DNA of 64,000 nucleotides from Campylobacterales bacterium. Its GTDB lineage: Bacteria; Campylobacterota; Campylobacteria; Campylobacterales; Sulfurimonadaceae. The notes under the pieces are model-generated. The model worked only from the letters and a program-made list of their open reading frames with translations, ran no database searches and was not told where the DNA came from. The stretch covers positions 17,140-81,139 of the forward strand of contig JAFGUJ010000020.1 of assembly GCA_016938595.1 (NCBI GenBank). Reading direction: 5' to 3'. The position numbers and the translations under genes were made by a program. Each line of letters starts with the position of its first letter. Positions within the stretch are counted from its first letter, which is position 1. Below, one piece after another: positions 9,672 to 17,522 of this stretch.

Positions 9672-11239
9672 AAGAGAAGATGCTGCGCCGAACGGTCGAT
9701 GTCGCCAAAACGACGCTCGTCCATTACACCCGCGACGAGGGGATTGACGAGGATGAGTCGGTACAGGCGTGCCAGGGGTTTTGTTTCCCGATGCTGTACC
9801 AAAACGGCGATTACTTCAATCTGGCGTATCGGATCTATGACGAGTTCGTCGAAAAACTCAACCCCAAGGTCCAGCTGACCGAGAAGATGATCCGTGAAGT
9901 GGTGGCCAAACACATTGCCGGGTATACCCTCCCCAAAGCGAACCTCAAAACGGAAATCATCGAATTCATCGTCGACAATCTCCTCCGTTACGGCCCGATT
10001 TCGGGGATCATTCGTAACGCGGGGCACGACCTGAACGACATCATCATCAATACCAAAGATTACATCGACGTCATTTACGGCGGGCAGACGATCGTCACCC
10101 CGTTTCGTTTCCGTTCCGAGAGCGAATTGCGCCGAATCATCAACCGGATGCTCAGCGAATCGAATCGTAAAATCGACGAAGCCCATCCGATCGCCTCGGC
10201 GAAACTCGGCGACGGTTCCCGGATCGAAGTGCAGATTCCCCCCGTCGCGGCGAATCTGGACCGGGAGGGGAAACCCGGCTCGTACGTGACGATACGAAAA
10301 TTCCGGGAGATCCCTTTGCTGTTCGAATCGATGCTTGACGGGGGGCAGGTGGACCTGAAAATGGCCTATTTTCTCCTCAAGGCGGTACAGGGGAAACTCA
10401 ACATCGTCGTTTCGGGAGGGACGTCGAGCGGGAAGACGACCTTTTTGAACGCGATCACCCGTTTTATCGACGAGGGGGATCAGCTCTTGACGATCGAAGA
10501 CACCAAAGAGATGAAGCCGCAGATGCCCTGCCACAGCATCCGCTCGTTCGAAGCCCGCACGGAGAACGAAGAGGGGGTCGGGGCGATCACGATCGAGCAG
10601 CTGCTCCGCACCGCACTCCGCTCCAGCCCCCGCCGCATCATCGTCGGGGAATGCAGGGGGCCGGAAATCGTCACAATGCTCAACGCGATGAATACGGGGC
10701 ATCCCGGATCGATGACGACGGTCCATGCCGACGATACGAAAGAGGCGATCATCCGGATCGAAAACATGTTTTTGGAGGCGCGCCCGAGCGCCAACATGAC
10801 GTTTGTCCGCTCCCAGATCATCAGTGCGGTCGATCTGGTGATCCAGCTGGTCCGTTTTCCCGACGGACGCCGCCGCGTCGTCAAAATATCCGAACCCGAA
10901 AAACGGATGGAGGAGAACGGCGTCGTATCGATGCTGGACATTTTCGAATTCAAGCGCGAGGCCCCCACGGGAAGCGTTTCCGATTCGCGGGGGACGTTCC
11001 AGGCAATCAGCGCCCCGATCCGTTCGATCACCAAAATGGCCCTCAACGGTATCGAGATGGAAAAAAAGATTTTCGATCCCGAGTTTGTGGTGACCAAAGA
11101 CATGGTGATTGCCGAGCTGAAGCGTTTCCATCCGGTCCGAATGTGCGGATGGGAAGAACACTACATGAGTGAAATCATCAAAACCAGTTTCCAGGACGGC
11201 AAAAGCATTCTGGAACGATGGCCGAACCTGCAACGATGA
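9662..11239 (+). CDS. tadA: TadA/CpaF pilus assembly ATPase
   Basis: GGTSSGKTT, TIEDTKE, RIIVGECRG and AMNTGHPGSMTTVHA motifs. Confidence 0.93.
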   Translation: MALKEKMLRRTVDVAKTTLVHYTRDEGIDEDESVQACQGFCFPMLYQNGDYFNLAYRIYDEFVEKLNPKVQLTEKMIREVVAKHIAGYTLPKANLKTEIIEFIVDNLLRYGPISGIIRNAGHDLNDIIINTKDYIDVIYGGQTIVTPFRFRSESELRRIINRMLSESNRKIDEAHPIASAKLGDGSRIEVQIPPVAANLDREGKPGSYVTIRKFREIPLLFESMLDGGQVDLKMAYFLLKAVQGKLNIVVSGGTSSGKTTFLNAITRFIDEGDQLLTIEDTKEMKPQMPCHSIRSFEARTENEEGVGAITIEQLLRTALRSSPRRIIVGECRGPEIVTMLNAMNTGHPGSMTTVHADDTKEAIIRIENMFLEARPSANMTFVRSQIISAVDLVIQLVRFPDGRRRVVKISEPEKRMEENGVVSMLDIFEFKREAPTGSVSDSRGTFQAISAPIRSITKMALNGIEMEKKIFDPEFVVTKDMVIAELKRFHPVRMCGWEEHYMSEIIKTSFQDGKSILERWPNLQR

Positions 11240-12162
11240 GCGGATACGTCGTATTAGCGCTGTTGTCGCTGTTCGCCGCGGCAAGCCTGCATTGGTTCGC
11301 CGCAGAGGCGCGCCACTATTCCCGGCTGGCCCGTCTGAAAAACATCCTATCGGGCGGATACGAGATCGACGATGATTTCCTGAACCGCAAAACAGAGCAT
11401 CTGCGCGAAACCAGGTATGAGCAGAAATTCAAAAGAATCCTGAAGCTGGCCGGTCTGGAGCTGAAACTCTGGCAGTTGCACGCGATCGCAGCGGCGCTTT
11501 CGGGGATGTTCGGGGCAGCGATCTACCTTTTTTTGCAACACTGGTTCGGGTTTCTCCTGGGGAGTGTCGCAGGGGTGAGTGTTCTGTGGATGTTCCTGAA
11601 CGCAAAAGTGCTCCGGCGTAAAATAGAGTTCAACCGCTCCTTCATGATCGCCATTTCGGTCCTGGTCAAAATGATGCGTAACGGGATCGGTTTCGAACAG
11701 GCCCTTGCCAAATCGGTGAAAGCCTCCAATTCGGCGATGTTCCGAAAGCTGTTCGAGCGTTTTTTGCAGGAGAAAAACCGCATCGGCGAGATCGAGGCCT
11801 TTGAAAACATGAATCGGGAGATCGATTCCAAAGAGCTGCGGATTTTTGCCCTGGCCGTCAAAATCGGCCGCGAGAGCGGGGGGCATTTCTCCTCCACCCT
11901 CGAAAAAGTGGAGGATACCCTCCGCTACCGGAAAAAAATGCAAGACAAAGTGAGCGTCATAACACGTGAAGCGAATATCGGCTCGTACATGGTCGCTTCG
12001 CTGAACGTCCTGCTCTATTTTATGATCGATGTGAATTTCGGCGGAAAAGTGAGCGAGTATTTTTTCACTTCGGAGTGGGGACGATGGCAGCTGCTGGCGA
12101 TCGGCGTGTGGATGATCGCCGGTCTGATGGTCAACCGCTGGATTACAAGGATTGAACTATGA
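11236..12162 (+). CDS. tadB: TadB inner-membrane platform protein (T2SSF domain)
   Basis: TM segments, MRNGIGFEQAL and IGRESGGHFSSTL motifs; ATGA overlap with tadA. Confidence 0.8.
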   Translation: MSGYVVLALLSLFAAASLHWFAAEARHYSRLARLKNILSGGYEIDDDFLNRKTEHLRETRYEQKFKRILKLAGLELKLWQLHAIAAALSGMFGAAIYLFLQHWFGFLLGSVAGVSVLWMFLNAKVLRRKIEFNRSFMIAISVLVKMMRNGIGFEQALAKSVKASNSAMFRKLFERFLQEKNRIGEIEAFENMNREIDSKELRIFALAVKIGRESGGHFSSTLEKVEDTLRYRKKMQDKVSVITREANIGSYMVASLNVLLYFMIDVNFGGKVSEYFFTSEWGRWQLLAIGVWMIAGLMVNRWITRIEL

Positions 12163-12989
12163 CGGTCTTGATGTTTTTTGCCTTTTTTGCACTGTTGAGT
12201 GCGATCGGTTCGTTCGGATACTATGCCTACGATACCTTCATGCGGGACAGGTGGATACGCGAAATCTTCGATGTGAAACAGGCGAATATCCTCGAAGACC
12301 AGTCGAGCCGTTTTGAAAAAACACTGCAGCTGAAACTGACCCGTGCCGGCATCGCGAAAAAAGAGCTGATCGAGGTGGCCGTGGGAGGGATTGCCGCCGC
12401 TTCTGCCCTGGTCGCGTTGATCTTTATGCTCGATATGTCGTTTTTCATGAACACCGTGTTTGCCGTCGCTGCACTGGGGATCGGACTGGGGACGGCGCCG
12501 CTGTATCTGGAGGAACAGATATCCGCCCGGATCAAACGGATCGAGGAGGACCTCTCGATCTTTATCGACCTGCTGATCATCATCCTCGAAGGGGGAGGGG
12601 GGCTCAACAACGCGATCGACCAGGTGACCCGCGACGGCGCGAGCGTCATCCGCCGCGATCTGCTGGAGGAGTCGAAGCTGTTCAAAAACGAATACGTCAC
12701 CTACAGCAGTGAGACCGCCTATGACAACCTGATCCGCCGTACCGGATCGGACGCGATCGCGACGGTCGTGAACTTCATGCGTCTCTCCGAAGAGACGGGG
12801 ATCGGGGTCAAAACCGTTTTCGAAAACCAGTCGCGCGAGATCAAGGAGCAGGAGATGCTGCAGATCGAAAAAAAAGCGGCCATGATGAACATCAACCTGA
12901 CGCTGATCATGTTTTTGTTCATCCTGCCGGCGATGATCGCGATGATCGCGTTCCCCATCTCGGCCGATGCGCTGATGAGTGGACTCTAA
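12159..12989 (+). CDS. tadC: TadC inner-membrane platform protein
   Basis: FIDLLIIILEGGGGLNNAI, SEETG and IEKKA...LFILPA motifs; follows tadB. Confidence 0.8.
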   Translation: MTVLMFFAFFALLSAIGSFGYYAYDTFMRDRWIREIFDVKQANILEDQSSRFEKTLQLKLTRAGIAKKELIEVAVGGIAAASALVALIFMLDMSFFMNTVFAVAALGIGLGTAPLYLEEQISARIKRIEEDLSIFIDLLIIILEGGGGLNNAIDQVTRDGASVIRRDLLEESKLFKNEYVTYSSETAYDNLIRRTGSDAIATVVNFMRLSEETGIGVKTVFENQSREIKEQEMLQIEKKAAMMNINLTLIMFLFILPAMIAMIAFPISADALMSGL

Positions 12990-13002
12990 TAAAAGGAAAT
13001 GT

Positions 13003-13926
13003 ATGAATAAAAAACGAACCGTCGTACTGAGCGTGGGATTTCTCTCCCTGGCCATTTTTGCACTCATCGTGATGGTGATGCTTTACCTGAAAAACAGTGA
13101 CGCGGCGGATACGGCTGAAAAAAGAGTTGCCGCCTATGTCGCGGCCAAGAACATCGCGGCGGGGCAAAAAATCGCCCTGGATGACATCGAACTCAAATCG
13201 TTTCCGGCCGATTATGCCGGAAACGATCCCCTCCCGATGGCCCAGATCGTCGAGCGCTACGCCAGTGTCGCCATCATGAAAAACGATCTGATCGGCACGG
13301 AAAAGCTCACCGCGACGCTCCCGCCGCTGCAGGATACGGACGCCAATCACTCCGCGAACACGCCGCCGGCCGAAATAGTCCACGACGCGGTGCATGACGT
13401 GATCAGCGTCCCCTTGCATGTCTTCAAAAACCCTGACACCTCGTTGCGCAGGGGAGAGCGGATCGATATCCTCGGGATAGCCGATTACGGCGAAGAGAAA
13501 CGGCAGTTCGCGACCCGTTACCTCGCCGTCCGTGTGGGGGTTGCAGGCTTCATGAAAAACGGGAAAAAGTCCGACGGGATCGTCTCGGTCACAGTGGATG
13601 AAAAAACGAAGGCCGAAACAAAAGTACTGGCCGATGAGATCCTTCTGGACATGCCGCCGCAGGATATCGGCCGCTTTTTGAGCCTCTATTACCGTTCCCA
13701 GGAGCTGAACAACGACCGTTCGCACAATCGCGGCAATCTCAACCAGGGGCATATCTGGATGGTCAAATCCAATCCGGAAATCCCCGAGGGTGAGGAAGCC
13801 GCCAAGGTGAAAATGATGAGCCCATCCTACACGCCGCCCCGTCCGAAGCCACACTCCTCGCAGCCGGTGCGACCGATGCCGCCGCTCGTTTCGGTGCCCA
13901 AGGGGATCGTAACGTATGAGCAATAA
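13003..13926 (+). CDS. rcpC: RcpC/CpaB pilus assembly protein (SAF domain)
   Basis: N-terminal TM anchor, VAAKNIAAGQKI SAF motif, LRRGERIDI; AAGGA RBS before ATG 13003. Confidence 0.75.
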   Translation: MNKKRTVVLSVGFLSLAIFALIVMVMLYLKNSDAADTAEKRVAAYVAAKNIAAGQKIALDDIELKSFPADYAGNDPLPMAQIVERYASVAIMKNDLIGTEKLTATLPPLQDTDANHSANTPPAEIVHDAVHDVISVPLHVFKNPDTSLRRGERIDILGIADYGEEKRQFATRYLAVRVGVAGFMKNGKKSDGIVSVTVDEKTKAETKVLADEILLDMPPQDIGRFLSLYYRSQELNNDRSHNRGNLNQGHIWMVKSNPEIPEGEEAAKVKMMSPSYTPPRPKPHSSQPVRPMPPLVSVPKGIVTYEQ

Positions 13927-14344
13927 ACGTCACTGGCGCAGGGGGTTCGGGCTGGCCCAGATCATGGCGCTGATCATCGTCGTGATCCCGACGGCGGCGT
14001 TTATGATCACCCTGTTGTTCGATTACTGGACGGCGATGCAGCTGGACAACCGTCTGAAACTGATGAGCCACCGGGCGATCATGGCGATCAACAACGCCGA
14101 AACGCTGGGCGCTGCCTATACGCTTCCCGAAGCCGACAGGGAGATCGTCGAGTCCCTGTGTCCTGCAAGCATGAGGGCCCTTGTATTCGCCCGAATGGAC
14201 GATATGCCCTCCGCTCAGACGCGTATTACGGCACAGGTGATGTATGATCGGTTCAACCACCTGGAGGCCAAAGTGCTCTCATCGACGATCACGTCGTATT
14301 CGTATAACGACCAGAACGGATCGTATCTGTTGGAATGCAAATAA
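13916..14344 (+). CDS. TadE-like minor pilin
   Basis: WRRG|FGLAQ leader, hydrophobic helix, two Cys in the globular domain. Confidence 0.6.
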   Translation: MSNKRHWRRGFGLAQIMALIIVVIPTAAFMITLLFDYWTAMQLDNRLKLMSHRAIMAINNAETLGAAYTLPEADREIVESLCPASMRALVFARMDDMPSAQTRITAQVMYDRFNHLEAKVLSSTITSYSYNDQNGSYLLECK

Positions 14345-14354
14345 AAGGAATGTT

Positions 14355-15998
14355 ATGAAAATCATAGTGATGTTGATGGGGCTGCTGATGGCAGCATGGG
14401 GACGCGATCTGGTCGTGTTTGAAAACGAATTTAATCTCTTTACGGCGGACAAGCCGTTCAGTCAGGTCGTCGTCGGAAATCAGGAACTGCTCAAAGCGAG
14501 TGTCATGGAAGATGCCGCCAGGCCCAACCGGATATTGAGGCTGTTCGGCAAAAAAAGCGGAAGCACCTCGATGTTGATCCGCTACAACGACAATACGATC
14601 GAAAACTATCAAGTCTACGTCAACCAGAACCTTGGGTTCGTGCAGAAGATGCTCAATACCGTCGCCCCGGGAGTGACGCTTCTCCGTGCCGGTGACGGCG
14701 CGACGGTGATGGGGGGGCATTTCAGCGATCCCCATCAGAAAAAGAAGGTTCAGGAACTCCTCTCCAGCGCCGGGATCGACGCGAACAAGACGATGGATCT
14801 GAGCCAGACGAGTAAAATCGAAAAGATGGTCCGTACCAAACTCTACCTTGTCGCGATCGACAACGACCGGGCCGAAGAGCTCGGCGGGGCGGTAGGGCTC
14901 AACTATTTTGCCAAAGACGGCCATATCGTCCTGAACCAGAGCGCCAAAACCTACGCCACCTTCAGCGGGTTCTTACTCGACCAGACGGGGGCGTTCGCCA
15001 ACACCGGCAAGGCGCTGCTGGCCAACCTCAATTTCCTCCAGTCCAAAGGGGTGGCGAAAATCATGGACGACACGGTGCTGCTGAGCACCGAAGATAAGAA
15101 TGCATCGTTCCATGTCGGCGGCGAGGTCTACATCCCGGTAGGTATGACGTACAACAGCGCCAATTTCCCGACCATCAACCTCGAGGAAAAAGAGTACGGC
15201 CTCCGGCTCACCCTCAAGCCGAAATTTCTGGAAAAAGAGGAGTTCATGGGGATTACGGTCGCGATCACCGACAGCGATTTCGACGAGGACCCCCGCCATC
15301 AGGTGCAGCTGGGGGAAAACGTCTTCGTCCCGGCGTTCCGCGCCAAGAACATCTCGACCGACGTTGTCGCCAAAAACGGCCAGGTGATCGCGCTGGGGGG
15401 ACGCCTCCATACCGAAACCCTCAAGCGCGAGGAGAAAGTCCCGCTGCTGGGAGACATCCCCGTGCTGGGGCACCTGTTTAAACGCAACATCGAATCAGCC
15501 AGAGCGAACGATCTCCTTTTTTTCCTCGTCCCCGAGATCATCGATCCCAACGAGCCCCATAGCGATGAGGGGTATTACGGGCGCTTCGTCGATGAGGCGG
15601 CTCAGGTACACCGTGATCAGCTCCGGTCCGCCAAACCTGCGGCGAAAGAGCCGCAGGCGTCAACTGCCCCCGAACCGGCCGCTGATATCCGGGAGGTGGC
15701 ACCGGCAGCCGTCTTCTTCAACGCCGACAGCGAGATTGTTGTGCAGGCGGTAAAAGAGACGCCGGAGGGCTCCGAAGCGCTCCAGGAAGTGACCGCACCG
15801 AAGATCTACGTCCGCAGCGCTCCCGGAAACGGAAAACCGGCGGGTGTCTGGGAAAATGGGCACCGTTTCATAGCCGGAAAAGGGGAAATAGAGTCTGATG
15901 GGATCGTCTGGACTCTGATTTCGCACGATTGCGCTGCGGAGTGCCGGCTGCTGGAACAGCCACTGTGGATATCCAAAAAATATACGCGTGCGCTGTAG
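14355..15998 (+). CDS. rcpA: RcpA/CpaC secretin with C-terminal SH3-like extension
   Basis: Pilus-formation N-domain (GKKSGSTSM), ASFHVGGEV, KEYGLRL and KVPLLGDIPVLGHLFK secretin motifs. Confidence 0.88.
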   Translation: MKIIVMLMGLLMAAWGRDLVVFENEFNLFTADKPFSQVVVGNQELLKASVMEDAARPNRILRLFGKKSGSTSMLIRYNDNTIENYQVYVNQNLGFVQKMLNTVAPGVTLLRAGDGATVMGGHFSDPHQKKKVQELLSSAGIDANKTMDLSQTSKIEKMVRTKLYLVAIDNDRAEELGGAVGLNYFAKDGHIVLNQSAKTYATFSGFLLDQTGAFANTGKALLANLNFLQSKGVAKIMDDTVLLSTEDKNASFHVGGEVYIPVGMTYNSANFPTINLEEKEYGLRLTLKPKFLEKEEFMGITVAITDSDFDEDPRHQVQLGENVFVPAFRAKNISTDVVAKNGQVIALGGRLHTETLKREEKVPLLGDIPVLGHLFKRNIESARANDLLFFLVPEIIDPNEPHSDEGYYGRFVDEAAQVHRDQLRSAKPAAKEPQASTAPEPAADIREVAPAAVFFNADSEIVVQAVKETPEGSEALQEVTAPKIYVRSAPGNGKPAGVWENGHRFIAGKGEIESDGIVWTLISHDCAAECRLLEQPLWISKKYTRAL

Positions 15999-16031
15999 CA
16001 AAATAAAATATTTAAAAAAGTGAAAAAAAAT

Positions 16032-16080
16032 TTGCATTGCATAAAAAAAAATGATATACTCTAATCACATTAATATCACA
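16032..16080 (+). promoter_or_regulatory. Sigma70 promoter of the pilin gene with A9 spacer tract and downstream ATCACA-N5-ATCACA repeat
   Basis: TTGCAT 16032-37, 17-bp spacer, extended -10 TGa-TATACT 16052-60. Confidence 0.7.
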
Positions 16081-16092
16081 AAAGGAAATACA

Positions 16093-16290
16093 ATGTTGAA
16101 AAACGTATGGAGCCGGATCAAATCTCAAAAAGGGATGAGCGGCGTACTGGTCGCATTGCTGCTGGTCGTCGTCGGTGTCGGTCTCGTGGCCGGTGTGAAC
16201 ACGTATCTGAATGCTAAAAAAGACGCGATTGAGACAGCAGGTGATACTGCGATTGCAAACGCTATTACCGATACTACTACAGCGCAGTAA
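16093..16290 (+). CDS. Flp-like major pilin (atypical, lacks the E5/Y6 Flp motif)
   Basis: 65 aa, AAAGGA RBS, leader ending SQKG|, about 20-aa hydrophobic helix, own promoter and hairpin, at end of the tad locus. Confidence 0.75.
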   Translation: MLKNVWSRIKSQKGMSGVLVALLLVVVGVGLVAGVNTYLNAKKDAIETAGDTAIANAITDTTTAQ

Positions 16291-16296
16291 TGCAAA

Positions 16297-16335
16297 AGGG
16301 GGCTTTGCCCCTCCTCTTTCTCTTTTCTCTTCACA
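16297..16335 (+). terminator. Probable intrinsic terminator after the pilin gene
   Basis: GGGGC-TTT-GCCCC hairpin followed by a pyrimidine-rich run. Confidence 0.5.
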
Positions 16336-16430
16336 ATCCAACTTTTTTTCATAGTTTTAGTTATTAATAAGATATTAAAAAACATTATGTCATTCTAAAA
16401 GGTTATCATCCCGATACGCAGGAGAGGATT

Positions 16431-17516
16431 ATGGACTGGTTGTTGGCCGCTTTTCAGAACCTGCTGAACCGTCTCTACCTGATCCTGTTTCCTCTCTATG
16501 CCTCCGATGTGGTCAGTACGAGGATCCATTCGCAGGGGCAGTTTGTCATTTTCGCCCTTAGTCAGGCGGGGGCCTTGATCGCCGCACTGATCGTGTTGTA
16601 CCTTTATGCGGCCACCTCTTTTCTGATCGGCGCTGGGATGGTGGCGTTCATCGCGGTCATTCTCCTCAACTGCTTTTTCATACGTCTGGGGATCTTCGCA
16701 TTTGCCACGGCGGCTTTGGTCTTTGCCGGGGCCGCTTTTTGCACCCAGACGCTTCTAATCCTCAAATCCGAGTTGCAGCCGATCATCGTTTACGGTTTTT
16801 TCCCCTCGGTGATCGGGGGATTTTTGTTCCTCGGGATCCGGATGGGGAGCATCTATGCGGCGATGTTTGCCCTTTTACTGGTCCTCTATCATCTCCTCTA
16901 CGATACCGCGCAAATCGAATTTTTCATGCAGATGTGCGCGATTGCCGCGACGTTCATGATCGCTTTTTTTTACGAAATGGCCTCTGCCTACCATATGAAT
17001 CTTCTCTCGGTGACGCTGGAAAAAATGACGCGGCTGGCCAAAACCGACCAGCTGACCGGGATACTGAACCGATGGGAGTTTTTCTATCAGGCGACCAAAG
17101 CGATGAAGGAGCATTCTGAGGGGACGATGATGATGATCGATCTGGACGATTTCAAATCAATCAACGATACGTACGGCCACGGGATCGGCGATCTCGCCCT
17201 CAAATCGGTCACCCAGACCATCAAATCCTACATCCGTGAAACCGAACTGTTCGGGCGCATCGGCGGGGAGGAGTTTGCGATACTGCTGCCTGTAGGGCTG
17301 CACTCAGCGTACAAACGGGCGGAAGTGATACGTCAGGCTGTTTCCGAACTCCATTTCCATCGGGAAAACGTAGCTTTGAGGCTCAGCATCAGCATCGGAA
17401 TGACATCGGTGCTGAAAAGCGATACCAGCGTGAGCCAAATACTCAACCGGGCCGACAGGGGGCTCTACAAAGCCAAAGAGAGCGGCAAGAACGTCACCGT
17501 CATCTGGAACGACTGA
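16431..17516 (+). CDS. Membrane-bound diguanylate cyclase
   Basis: About 5 TM helices, DQLTGILNR, DLDDFKSINDTYGH and intact GGEEF. Confidence 0.9.
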   Translation: MDWLLAAFQNLLNRLYLILFPLYASDVVSTRIHSQGQFVIFALSQAGALIAALIVLYLYAATSFLIGAGMVAFIAVILLNCFFIRLGIFAFATAALVFAGAAFCTQTLLILKSELQPIIVYGFFPSVIGGFLFLGIRMGSIYAAMFALLLVLYHLLYDTAQIEFFMQMCAIAATFMIAFFYEMASAYHMNLLSVTLEKMTRLAKTDQLTGILNRWEFFYQATKAMKEHSEGTMMMIDLDDFKSINDTYGHGIGDLALKSVTQTIKSYIRETELFGRIGGEEFAILLPVGLHSAYKRAEVIRQAVSELHFHRENVALRLSISIGMTSVLKSDTSVSQILNRADRGLYKAKESGKNVTVIWND

Positions 17517-17522
17517 GAACCT

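Noticed and set aside
6119-16290. Conjugative/T4SS or T2SS interpretation of the ATPase-secretin cluster (with traT and TraB/GumN)
   Set aside because: The ATPase is CpaF type with TadB/TadC/RcpC/TadZ partners; no VirB4, relaxase or coupling protein; TraB/GumN and TraT are unlinked stand-alone families.
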